A stretch of 64,000 nt of DNA from an uncultured candidate division Zixibacteria bacterium (GTDB taxonomy: Bacteria; Zixibacteria; MSB-5A5; UBA10806): NCBI GenBank assembly GCA_963801605.1, contig CAWDFP010000006.1, positions 1,664,879 through 1,728,878 of the forward strand. The letters run 5' to 3'. Position 1 is the first letter of the stretch, and every line of letters begins with the position of its first letter. The notes beneath the pieces were generated by a model, which was not told the origin of the DNA, did no database searches, and saw only the letters and a list, made by a program, of their open reading frames with translations. This document shows positions 37,643 through 46,197 of the stretch, in pieces. A program made the position numbers and the translations under genes.

Positions 37643-39923
37643 CGGACGGCAAAATGGTTACGACACGAGCTTCACTTTCTATCTCGGGATCGATTCTGTA
37701 TGGGTAATGTCTCCGGCTCTGATACGCATCGATTCAACTAATACCATTTCTCGTAACGCACCTTTTGTAAACATTGCTCAGCCCTGCTCGATCAAAGTTA
37801 CCATTGAAAATTTGGGATGGGAAAGGGCTGACTCCTTTTATATTCACCTGGCCACCGATGGCGCGTCTCAATTTCCAGATTCCATGCTTGTATCTTCGCT
37901 CGATGGCCGCCATAATCAAAATATCGTATTCCACTTAGCCGCTGGAGCATCATCGAATCCCAACGAGATCTTTAATAGCTCCGTTTCCGGAGGAAAAGGA
38001 AACTTAAGCGGGAATCCCCTCCAAATCGGGCCCCCGCTCGATAATAATGCTCTCCTGATTACTGAAATTCCAGCCGACTTAGCTCTTTCTTCAATTAATA
38101 TCATTGGTCCGCCCGGTGCTCTCGATAGCACTATCTCCATCGAACAGCCGCTTACTGTTTCGGTTACGGTGCGAAATTTGGGTGAGGCCGATATTTCCCA
38201 ACCAAGAATTCTGACTCTATATCCGGGGGATGCCAATTGGGGAGTTGATTCTCTGCAGCGCGATTACATTCTTGGCCAGCCGGTGATCTGGCATCTGACT
38301 GCGCCCCCAATCGCTGTGGATTCCGCAGGGTTTTCGATCGGAATCTCCGGCAGCCCAATAGACTTGAACGACGGCTCGCCGGCCATCGGACCGAACGGTG
38401 TCTCGCTGATATGGTTTGCTATAGAAAACAGAGCATCGATAGACCACTCTGCTTCAATTACGGAGCCTGCCGGAGCCGCTGACGGTATATTGTCAACGGA
38501 TCAAACTATCATCGTTCGCGACATTTTGAGTCCGCACGGACTTTACCGAAGCAAGGCTGTTCAGTTAATCCTTCCCGACGGTTTCACAACTCAGGATTCG
38601 CTTGTTAAATATCCATCATCAGATACAGCATTCTGGCATCTGCGGGCGCCTTCCGCGGCCACTGTCGATACCGCTAATATCGCATGTTGGATTTTTGACC
38701 TCAACAGGGGAGACTCATCAGAAGCGCCGTCTATTTCAATTCCACTTACAGTAGTCGATGCCGCTGAGCTTCAAATTTCGACAAGTATCATCGGCCCGCC
38801 GAGCGCTCAGGATGGTATCATCGAACCTGGCGGGCATTTTCAGTTTGAGGCCATGGTTAGGAATCTCGGTCAATCCGGAGTCAGCGCCGGCAGGATGACT
38901 ATTCAAACCGGACGCTCCGATATTACCACTGATATTTACAGCAAAAACTTCGTAGTTGGAGAACCAATCGATTGGACTATTAATTTGCCCAACGAGGAAA
39001 TTCCGTTGCCAGTCCCGATTTGGGTTACTATTGATTCCATCCCAATCGAAGAAAATACAAATTTACCGGCTCACGTTTTAATTGATTCCGCCGGCGTTTC
39101 GATAGTAGTCAGAGAGCTTTTCCCCAGACTGGTGCTGGCGGGTATTACTTCGAATCATTCAGGTTCAGCTTTCAAAGGTCAGCAGTTGGGTTTTGCAACT
39201 ATCGATCTACAAAACCGTGATTTCGGCGGCAATTTTGATATTGGAATAATGAGCCTTTCGGTAATAGTCAACAATAATCCGGATTTGCCTGCCGGACAGC
39301 TTCTTTCCAGTGCGACTTTAGGATTCGGTTCTGAAAGCACTATCTCCGGGATATTCCAGGGCGATACGATCCTATTTAGTCAATTTGATACCTTGATGTT
39401 AGGTCCATCGCAGACAATATCCTTTAATCTTAATTTTGAAATTAATCCCGCCACTTCAGTTCGAGATTTTACCGTCCAATTTGCCTGGAATTTTGTGCAG
39501 GCCGGGGTGTTTGAAAACGGCACATTTGTGGAAAATATAACGCCAGTTATGCCCCGGGGCGAATCGGTAAGTTGGCAGAGTGAACCATCAGCGATACTTG
39601 AGCCGAACTTTACGGCATCGCTTTCCAGCTATCCTAATCCTTTCAGTCCTCAGGATGGCGGTACGACAATTGGATATTTTCTACCAGCAGCTTCAAATCT
39701 TGAAATTAGGATATTTACCCTCTTAGGCGAACTGGTTTGGACTAAAACTATATCAGCAGCCGATCCGTTAGGCGCTGCCGGTCTCCATAGCGGTTCAAAT
39801 GCGCTTCTATGGAATGCTACCAACGATGTCGGCAACGAAATCCGCTCGGGTGTTTATATCTGTATGGTTAGAAATTTAACTTCAGGGGAGGAGGCAAAAT
39901 TCAAAATCGCAGTTGTAAAATAG
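37617..39923 (+). CDS. giant surface protein, segment 4 of 4 (CARDB-like repeats and FlgD-Ig/T9SS-type C-terminal domain)
   Basis: Repeats such as IKVTIENLGWERADSFYIHL, LTVSVTVRNLGEADIS, FEAMVRNLGQSGVSAG. C-terminus SSYPNPFSPQDGGTTIGYFLPAASNLEIRIFTLLGELVWTK...SGVYICMVRNLTSGEEAKFKIAVVK. Confidence 0.8.
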   Translation: MYLPLVTFDGRQNGYDTSFTFYLGIDSVWVMSPALIRIDSTNTISRNAPFVNIAQPCSIKVTIENLGWERADSFYIHLATDGASQFPDSMLVSSLDGRHNQNIVFHLAAGASSNPNEIFNSSVSGGKGNLSGNPLQIGPPLDNNALLITEIPADLALSSINIIGPPGALDSTISIEQPLTVSVTVRNLGEADISQPRILTLYPGDANWGVDSLQRDYILGQPVIWHLTAPPIAVDSAGFSIGISGSPIDLNDGSPAIGPNGVSLIWFAIENRASIDHSASITEPAGAADGILSTDQTIIVRDILSPHGLYRSKAVQLILPDGFTTQDSLVKYPSSDTAFWHLRAPSAATVDTANIACWIFDLNRGDSSEAPSISIPLTVVDAAELQISTSIIGPPSAQDGIIEPGGHFQFEAMVRNLGQSGVSAGRMTIQTGRSDITTDIYSKNFVVGEPIDWTINLPNEEIPLPVPIWVTIDSIPIEENTNLPAHVLIDSAGVSIVVRELFPRLVLAGITSNHSGSAFKGQQLGFATIDLQNRDFGGNFDIGIMSLSVIVNNNPDLPAGQLLSSATLGFGSESTISGIFQGDTILFSQFDTLMLGPSQTISFNLNFEINPATSVRDFTVQFAWNFVQAGVFENGTFVENITPVMPRGESVSWQSEPSAILEPNFTASLSSYPNPFSPQDGGTTIGYFLPAASNLEIRIFTLLGELVWTKTISAADPLGAAGLHSGSNALLWNATNDVGNEIRSGVYICMVRNLTSGEEAKFKIAVVK

Positions 39924-39928
39924 CGCTT

Positions 39929-41749
39929 TTGGCTGTGGGATTTATCCTTTCCCTGACCTCTCTTGCTTTTTGCCAGGGTGACGCCGGACGCGAGTCGCCG
40001 TTTTCGCTGGGTGCCGGCGCTCGCGGTATGGGTATGGGACGGTCGTTTGTCTCGTTAGGCGGGGATGCGTCCTCCGCATTTTCTAATCCGGCTGCAACCG
40101 CGACGATTGACCGTAGCGAGTTCATGGCTTTTCACACCTCGCTATTTATGAGCACCAATTATGATTGCCTGGCGCTGGCTCATCCGATAGGTGTTCTGGG
40201 AGTCTTTACCGTTTCGGCTGGACGGTTAGGGACTGGTAGTTTTACCGGACGCGATGCATATAACCGTCCCAACCAGGAAATTTCCGCATCCAATACGCAT
40301 CTGGGTTTATCATACGGCCGTGACGTAGGACGCGGTTTTGCCGCTGGCCTAACGCTAAAGGGAGTGGGGCAAGAGATTGGAAACAACTCCGGATACGGGT
40401 TTGGCCTGGACCTGGGCTTTCAGTATCGTCCAACAATGGCTAAGGGGCTGATTTTAGGGGTAGCATTTAACGATCTAATTCGTCCAAGTATAAAACTAAT
40501 TAATATTAAAGATAAATATCAAACCGAATCACGATACGGCATTTCATATAACAGGAAATTTTCAACCAGTGTTGCCGCCACCGGGGTATTCGAGGTTGAT
40601 AAAATCTCGGGAAGAAAAACGCACATTCACCCTGGCCTGGAATTTGCCTTCTATAACGATTACGCCCTTCGTATAGGTTATGATAAAGATCGCCCCACAT
40701 TCGGGGCCGGTATCGCCTACAGCGTTTTCCGTCTTGATTATGCTTACGAGGATATTCAGTATCTGGGCGGAAGTCATCGAGTTTCTTTGAGTATCTCTTT
40801 CGGCAAATCGGTTCGACGCAGTCAGACTGAGTTAATTGCCGAAGCAGTCCAGAGCGAAAAAGCAAACTGGCAAAAATCGCTCGATGAGAAAAAGATGTAC
40901 GATTTCGCCGCTTACATATATACCGCGGACAGCCTTCGAGGCCTTAATCAGTATCAGGATGCCATGTTTTTCTATGAACGCGCCCTGGCGTCTAATGAAA
41001 CATCGACCCGCGCCCGTACAATGTCTGACAGCATGATGACGCTGATTGTTGCTAATGCAGCATCTACCGCCCGCGATCAAAAGCGAGAGGACCTCATATC
41101 CAAAAGGGTTACGGCCGCGCTTGATGATTTCAAAGCGGGACGATTCAACGAAGCTATCGACCAATATGAATTGGCGCTTGAAATCGACCCAATGAATAAA
41201 AATGTTTCGGATCTGTTAAGTTCGGCCCGCGCCACTCGCCAGACGGAAATTGATAAAACCAGAGCCAACGCTCATTCCTTGCAGGCTAAAGGAGACTTCC
41301 CCGGCGCTCTGATCGCCTGGAATAGGGTTTTGGTGCTGGAGCCGACTGATCCCGATGCTCTGAGTAATATCGAAATTGCAAAAAAGGCGATTAATGTCAA
41401 CTCCCTGATGGCATCGGCGATAACCGCTATGAGCGAACAAAGATATTCCGATGCCGCCACTTTATTACAGCAGGCTCAAACAATCCGGCCTAACGACTCT
41501 ACCATTAAATCGCTTTTAGCCGAATCGAAAGCCAAGGCCGCACCAGTTACCAGCCTGGCCGATATCAAAGCTAACTCCGAGAACTGGGCTACCTACTTAA
41601 GTGGGCTTGAAAGCTACCAGGCAAGCAACTATAAAAAGGCGCTCGAAAGCTGGGAAAGCCTTCAGCAGTATTATCCGAATAACCCCGATCTTGAAAAGAA
41701 TATAAATCAGGCCAAACAGAGACTTTCTACCGAGGGCGGGAAAGATTAG
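39929..41749 (+). CDS. PorV/PorQ-like outer-membrane beta-barrel fused to a C-terminal TPR domain
   Basis: Signal-like N-terminus. GARGMGMGRSFVSLGGDASSAFSNPAA motif and alternating beta-strand segments up to ...HRVSLSISFGK. The last ~300 aa are TPR-like (ALEIDPMNKNV, VLVLEPTDPDAL, LQQYYPNNPDLE). Start codon uncertain (TTG 39929). Confidence 0.65.
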   Translation: MAVGFILSLTSLAFCQGDAGRESPFSLGAGARGMGMGRSFVSLGGDASSAFSNPAATATIDRSEFMAFHTSLFMSTNYDCLALAHPIGVLGVFTVSAGRLGTGSFTGRDAYNRPNQEISASNTHLGLSYGRDVGRGFAAGLTLKGVGQEIGNNSGYGFGLDLGFQYRPTMAKGLILGVAFNDLIRPSIKLINIKDKYQTESRYGISYNRKFSTSVAATGVFEVDKISGRKTHIHPGLEFAFYNDYALRIGYDKDRPTFGAGIAYSVFRLDYAYEDIQYLGGSHRVSLSISFGKSVRRSQTELIAEAVQSEKANWQKSLDEKKMYDFAAYIYTADSLRGLNQYQDAMFFYERALASNETSTRARTMSDSMMTLIVANAASTARDQKREDLISKRVTAALDDFKAGRFNEAIDQYELALEIDPMNKNVSDLLSSARATRQTEIDKTRANAHSLQAKGDFPGALIAWNRVLVLEPTDPDALSNIEIAKKAINVNSLMASAITAMSEQRYSDAATLLQQAQTIRPNDSTIKSLLAESKAKAAPVTSLADIKANSENWATYLSGLESYQASNYKKALESWESLQQYYPNNPDLEKNINQAKQRLSTEGGKD

Positions 41750-41808
41750 TCTTTACAGGGCTGTCCTGTGCCCTTAAATTTGTATAATAGAGGGGGCGGT
41801 ATAAAGTT

Positions 41809-44733
41809 ATGGCTCGAAAATTAGTAAAAGAAGTATTCATGACGTTCCCCGCAGCGGAGGATCAGCTTGAGGATATCCGCAGCAGTGTGCGAAATGTGCT
41901 TTCCGAGGGTGACCTTTCTGATAAGGCTGCCAACGGCGTACTTTTGGCTATCGAGGAAGCCTGTACTAACGTTATCCGACACGCTTACCTGTATGGACCG
42001 GGTGTTATCAGGATTAAGGTTAAGCTTTATCAAGATAGAGTAATTTTTTCCATATTTGATCGCGGGCGCAAATTCGATTTCGATCATTCCGAGGTGCCCG
42101 ATCTGGATCGTTATATTCGCACCGGCCGCAAGGGTGGCCTGGGCCTTTACCTCATCCGCAAGATGATGGATTCGGTGGAGTACTATTCCCGCGATGGCGA
42201 AAACGAGCTTCGCATGGAAAAACGCTCCGACCGGGCAACTGCCCGCGCCATTCGGCCTCGAGGTATTTCAATTCGTGTTAAATTTGCATTATGGGCATCG
42301 TTAGTTGTTTTCGCCATAGTAGCAGGAGTATATCTCTATTTCCAAAATCAGGTGCGATTAAATGCCGAGCAACGCTTTTTCTCGGGCGCCGATAATAGTA
42401 TCAATTCCTTTGTCTCCGATATTGGCGATAAAACCGTCTTGAGAGACCCCGATCTCATGCGATCCGCCGATACCTGGCTGCGCTCCAACACCGATTTTTC
42501 CTATGTCATCGTAACTGATACCGCCAATATTATTATCGCTAATCCTCTTGCTTCCAGGGATTTTCTGACGGAATATTTCCCTAAACCGGAGGGAGAATAT
42601 AATATCAAATTCGCCCAGGGCGATTCCGCCGGGCAAAAGGAATTTAATTTCAAATTGCCGGTTAAACTTCGCGATCAAGTGGTGGGATATGCATATTTCG
42701 GCCTGATGGAACGGCCTTTGCTTTCGGATATTAGCCAGGCGCGCCGGAATCTTTTTATAATCAGCTTTCTCGGTTTGGTGATCGGTTTTGTAGCGGTATT
42801 TGCGCTTTCGAATTATTTCGTAAAGCCGATTCAAAAGCTCACCGAAGGAGTTAAGCGGATTGGTGAGGGCAATCTCGATCAAACCCTGCCTATCGAAGGC
42901 GCTGACGAGTTTTCCGATATTGCCAGAGCTTTCAACGAGATGACCACCAAGTTTAAAAAGGCCCAGGAAAATGTCGTTGAACAGGAACGCATGCAAAAAG
43001 AAATGCAGGTCGCCCAGGAGATTCAGCACGCTCTCCTTCCGCGCCGTTTCCCCGATATTGAGGGGTACGATATCTCTACGGTCTACCGCGCCGCTAAGGA
43101 TGTGGGCGGTGACTATTTCGATTTTGTACAGATCGATGAGGATATCTTAGGTATCATCGTGGCCGATGTTTCCGGAAAGGGCGTACCCGGCTCACTGGTC
43201 ATGACCATGATCCGCACCGCCCTGCGGCTCGAAGCCAGGGAAAATTATTCGCCAACCGATATCCTGGCGAAAGTCAACCGATTCGTCACCGATGACGTCA
43301 AACGCGGCATGTTTATTACTATCTTCTTTATCACTCTCGATTCCGCCAAACGAACTATCTCATTCGCCTCGGCCGGCCATAATCCGATGATCCTCTACCG
43401 TAAGGATTCCGATTCCTGTTACTTCCTCAATACTCGCGGTATGCCGCTGGGAATAGCGCTTCCCGAAGGAGTTAGTTTCGAGGATTCGCTGGAGTTCGAT
43501 CGCGTCAAACTTAAAAAAGACGATATGCTCGTTCTCTACACCGACGGTATCACTGAGGCTATGAACAAAGCCGGAGAGCTTTTCGGAAACGACAGGCTGA
43601 TCCAATTCATCAAATCTCATTCTGAATTAGCCCCCGAGGAATTTACAAAAAAGCTCGATGCCGAATTGCATAAATTCACCGGCGGCGCCCCTCAGGGTGA
43701 TGATATCACCCTGGTTGTGATTAAAGAGAAGATGATGCTTGATGAGTTAGTTTTCGAAAAACGAAAACGGCTTATCGAGATGGTTGAAAACGAGGGTGTG
43801 CCCCTGGAGCAGGCTTGCGAACAGATGGGAATTTCGCCGTCTACTTATTATAAATATCGCCGTCGCTGGCTGAAGCTTGGGGATGTCGGTCTTCTCAATA
43901 AAAAGTTGCGCGCCGATTCGATTATCAGGCAAATTCCTTATGAGGTTCGAAAAGAGATCTTAAAACTGGTGCGGGAAAATCCCGATCTCGGTACCAAGCG
44001 TATCCTGGATGAACTCAATAGCAGAGGGATTATCGATATTGATCAGCGCGGGATATATGAAGAGATGATTCGCCTCCGGCTTAACACCAGAAAAATGCGT
44101 TTGGAATATGTCGAGAGAGTCGGCGGCCTGACGCCCGAGATGAGCGCCGAACTTGAAAAAGAGCTTCTAAAGGACAACGGTAAAAAAGAAGAGGTCGACC
44201 GCGGCGAATATCTGGAGATCATCAAGAAAAGCCTTGAATCAAAAAAGGGGCAGTTAAGTCCTGCGGCCAGGGAATTGGTTGAGAAGCTTCAGAAAATGGA
44301 GCCGGTTTTAGGGGATACCATCCTTTACGGCGAAATTGCAGCCGAACTAACCAAGCTGCGGGACGGCGAAGATATTGCCAGGCTATTTGAAAGTATTATT
44401 CTCAAAATGGCCAATATGACCAAAGAAAAGGCAGAAAACGAAGCAGCGGCTGCGCAGATCGCGGAGCGTCAGGAACAAGCTCCGCATGCCCCCACTGTCA
44501 AAGCTAATGGTATAATTGCCGCGTTGAATTCCGAGGCAATCCCAACGGAAACTGAACCTGAACAAGGATCGTCTGAATCTACAGTAGATTTATCCGAATT
44601 AAGCAAGGAAATTTCGCCGATAAATATAGTAGACTCAGCCTTAAAGATTGAGAACGAAAACGAAGGGGAGGCGCCAGGGTTCGACTGGGAGGAATATTCG
44701 CGCAAGCTTTCTGAGAAACACAAATCGAAATGA
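41809..44733 (+). CDS. fusion protein: RsbW-like serine kinase, 2-TM sensor, HAMP, PP2C/SpoIIE phosphatase, transposase-type HTH module, acidic tail
   Basis: Approximate positions follow. N-terminal HATPase_c_2 motifs (EEACTNVIRHAY, DRGRKFD, GGLGLYLIRKMMD) at 41809-42230. TM helices at 42280-42345 and 42750-42815. HAMP at 42820-42970. PP2C motifs (DVGGDYFDF, VADVSGKGVPGS, SAGHNP, YTDGITEA, DDITLVV) at 43000-43735. HTH (QMGISPSTYYKYRRRWLKLGDVGLLNKK...LGTKRILDEL) at 43780-44110. Confidence 0.85.
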   Translation: MARKLVKEVFMTFPAAEDQLEDIRSSVRNVLSEGDLSDKAANGVLLAIEEACTNVIRHAYLYGPGVIRIKVKLYQDRVIFSIFDRGRKFDFDHSEVPDLDRYIRTGRKGGLGLYLIRKMMDSVEYYSRDGENELRMEKRSDRATARAIRPRGISIRVKFALWASLVVFAIVAGVYLYFQNQVRLNAEQRFFSGADNSINSFVSDIGDKTVLRDPDLMRSADTWLRSNTDFSYVIVTDTANIIIANPLASRDFLTEYFPKPEGEYNIKFAQGDSAGQKEFNFKLPVKLRDQVVGYAYFGLMERPLLSDISQARRNLFIISFLGLVIGFVAVFALSNYFVKPIQKLTEGVKRIGEGNLDQTLPIEGADEFSDIARAFNEMTTKFKKAQENVVEQERMQKEMQVAQEIQHALLPRRFPDIEGYDISTVYRAAKDVGGDYFDFVQIDEDILGIIVADVSGKGVPGSLVMTMIRTALRLEARENYSPTDILAKVNRFVTDDVKRGMFITIFFITLDSAKRTISFASAGHNPMILYRKDSDSCYFLNTRGMPLGIALPEGVSFEDSLEFDRVKLKKDDMLVLYTDGITEAMNKAGELFGNDRLIQFIKSHSELAPEEFTKKLDAELHKFTGGAPQGDDITLVVIKEKMMLDELVFEKRKRLIEMVENEGVPLEQACEQMGISPSTYYKYRRRWLKLGDVGLLNKKLRADSIIRQIPYEVRKEILKLVRENPDLGTKRILDELNSRGIIDIDQRGIYEEMIRLRLNTRKMRLEYVERVGGLTPEMSAELEKELLKDNGKKEEVDRGEYLEIIKKSLESKKGQLSPAARELVEKLQKMEPVLGDTILYGEIAAELTKLRDGEDIARLFESIILKMANMTKEKAENEAAAAQIAERQEQAPHAPTVKANGIIAALNSEAIPTETEPEQGSSESTVDLSELSKEISPINIVDSALKIENENEGEAPGFDWEEYSRKLSEKHKSK

Positions 44734-45473
44734 TCAAATTAGCCATCTTGACAGCCAAAGGCGGTACCGGGAAAACCACAACGGCCATCAATCTGGGCCA
44801 CGGTTTGGCGCTATCCGGAAGGCGTGTGCTGATTATTGATTGTGATCCTCAAGGCTCGGCCTCAGCCGCTTTTGGAATCAATGGCGAACACGGATTGGCA
44901 GATCTTCTCCTGGACGGAAAAGTCGATATATTCCAGGTTCGGCCCCATCTTTATTTGGTACCATCAGGACGAAAACGTTTGGCGGAACTCGAAATCAAAC
45001 TGGCGGCCCGTCCGGATCGCCTGGAACGTCTAAAAATTGCGCTTGCCAGGCTTTCCGGCTGCGATTGGGTTATTTTGGATTGCTCTCCATCAATAAATGT
45101 AGTAAATTTGAATGCCTTAGGTTTTGCCGATAAACTTTTAATACCCTCCTCACTTGATTACTTTTCTCTGGAGGGTGTAAAGTCGACCATGGAGTTGACC
45201 GTCGAATTGGCGGCAAATGGAGCAGGGAAGCTTGAAATATTGGGGGTTTTGCCGACATTTTACGATAAGAGGACAAGCGTTTCGCGTATGGCGCTTGAGA
45301 CCCTTAGAAACACTTATGGCAAAATGGTATTTGATACCGAAATCAGGCTTAATACCGAGATTAAAAAGTCGCAGTGGTATAAAAAAACGGTTTTTGAGTT
45401 CGCTCCCTATTCACATGGGGCTTACGATTACTATAAATTGGCAAAGGAAGTCCTGGAAAGGATACAGGTTTGA
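44730..45473 (+). CDS. ParA/MinD-family ATPase
   Basis: Deviant Walker A KGGTGKTT, IIDCDPQGS. ATGA overlap with the upstream fusion gene. Confidence 0.9.
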   Translation: MIKLAILTAKGGTGKTTTAINLGHGLALSGRRVLIIDCDPQGSASAAFGINGEHGLADLLLDGKVDIFQVRPHLYLVPSGRKRLAELEIKLAARPDRLERLKIALARLSGCDWVILDCSPSINVVNLNALGFADKLLIPSSLDYFSLEGVKSTMELTVELAANGAGKLEILGVLPTFYDKRTSVSRMALETLRNTYGKMVFDTEIRLNTEIKKSQWYKKTVFEFAPYSHGAYDYYKLAKEVLERIQV

Positions 45474-45479
45474 GGGGAT

Positions 45480-46193
45480 ATGAGCGATATTAAAATCTCT
45501 CTCGACAGTTCGGGGCCAAAAGGCGAAATCTCCATCGTCCGCGTCGACGGCGTCATCGATACCATGACCGCTACCGATTTGGAAAAGGTAATGAATTCCC
45601 TTCTAGAACGACGCCGTTATAACGTAATTATCGATCTTGGCGGAGTCGACTACATCTCATCCGCCGGATGGGGTATTTTTATTTCCAATATCAGGGAGAT
45701 TCGTCAGCATTCCGGCGATATCAAACTGGCCAGAATGATTCCCAATGTATATGAAATTTTCGAGTTATTGGAATTTGATAGTATTCTCAAAGCTTTCGAT
45801 AGCGTCGAAAAGGCCAAGACCGATTTCGATGGCATTAAAAAAGCGGTATCTGATGACGAAAGCAAAGAAGCCGTGCCTCAGGCCACAACCAAGATGGAGA
45901 CTAAGATTGTCAAACCGGATACCTCCGGCGTTCCTCAAACTACGAAGCCGATAGATCCCCAGCCCACAGCCAAAACCGAATTTCCTGTTAAGCTTGAGCC
46001 GCATGATGTGGTTATCGAGATGATTTCCAAGGATCCCTTTCTAACTATTTCCGAAATCAAAAGCGAAATTGCCAAAAAACATCCCGAATTGAGGGTTGGC
46101 TGGTGGAAAATCTGGGGGATATTGAAGCGCGAGAAACTTCTTGGCAGGAAAAATCGGTTTCGTAAAGCCCGGCTTAAATCCGGAGGCAATTGA
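45480..46193 (+). CDS. STAS-domain protein (anti-sigma-factor-antagonist type) with C-terminal extension
   Basis: STAS core with the conserved phospho-acceptor context IIDLGGVDYISSAGWGIFI. This is followed by a P/T/K-rich linker and a basic helical tail (VIEMISKDPFLTISEIKSEIAKKHPELRVGWWKIWGILKREKLLGRKNRFRK). Confidence 0.85.
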   Translation: MSDIKISLDSSGPKGEISIVRVDGVIDTMTATDLEKVMNSLLERRRYNVIIDLGGVDYISSAGWGIFISNIREIRQHSGDIKLARMIPNVYEIFELLEFDSILKAFDSVEKAKTDFDGIKKAVSDDESKEAVPQATTKMETKIVKPDTSGVPQTTKPIDPQPTAKTEFPVKLEPHDVVIEMISKDPFLTISEIKSEIAKKHPELRVGWWKIWGILKREKLLGRKNRFRKARLKSGGN

Positions 46194-46197
46194 AAAC

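Noticed and set aside
42358-43029. 223-aa minus-strand ORF inside the kinase/phosphatase fusion gene
   Set aside because: It is antisense to a region with clear HAMP and PP2C motifs on the plus strand, and it has no motifs or RBS of its own.
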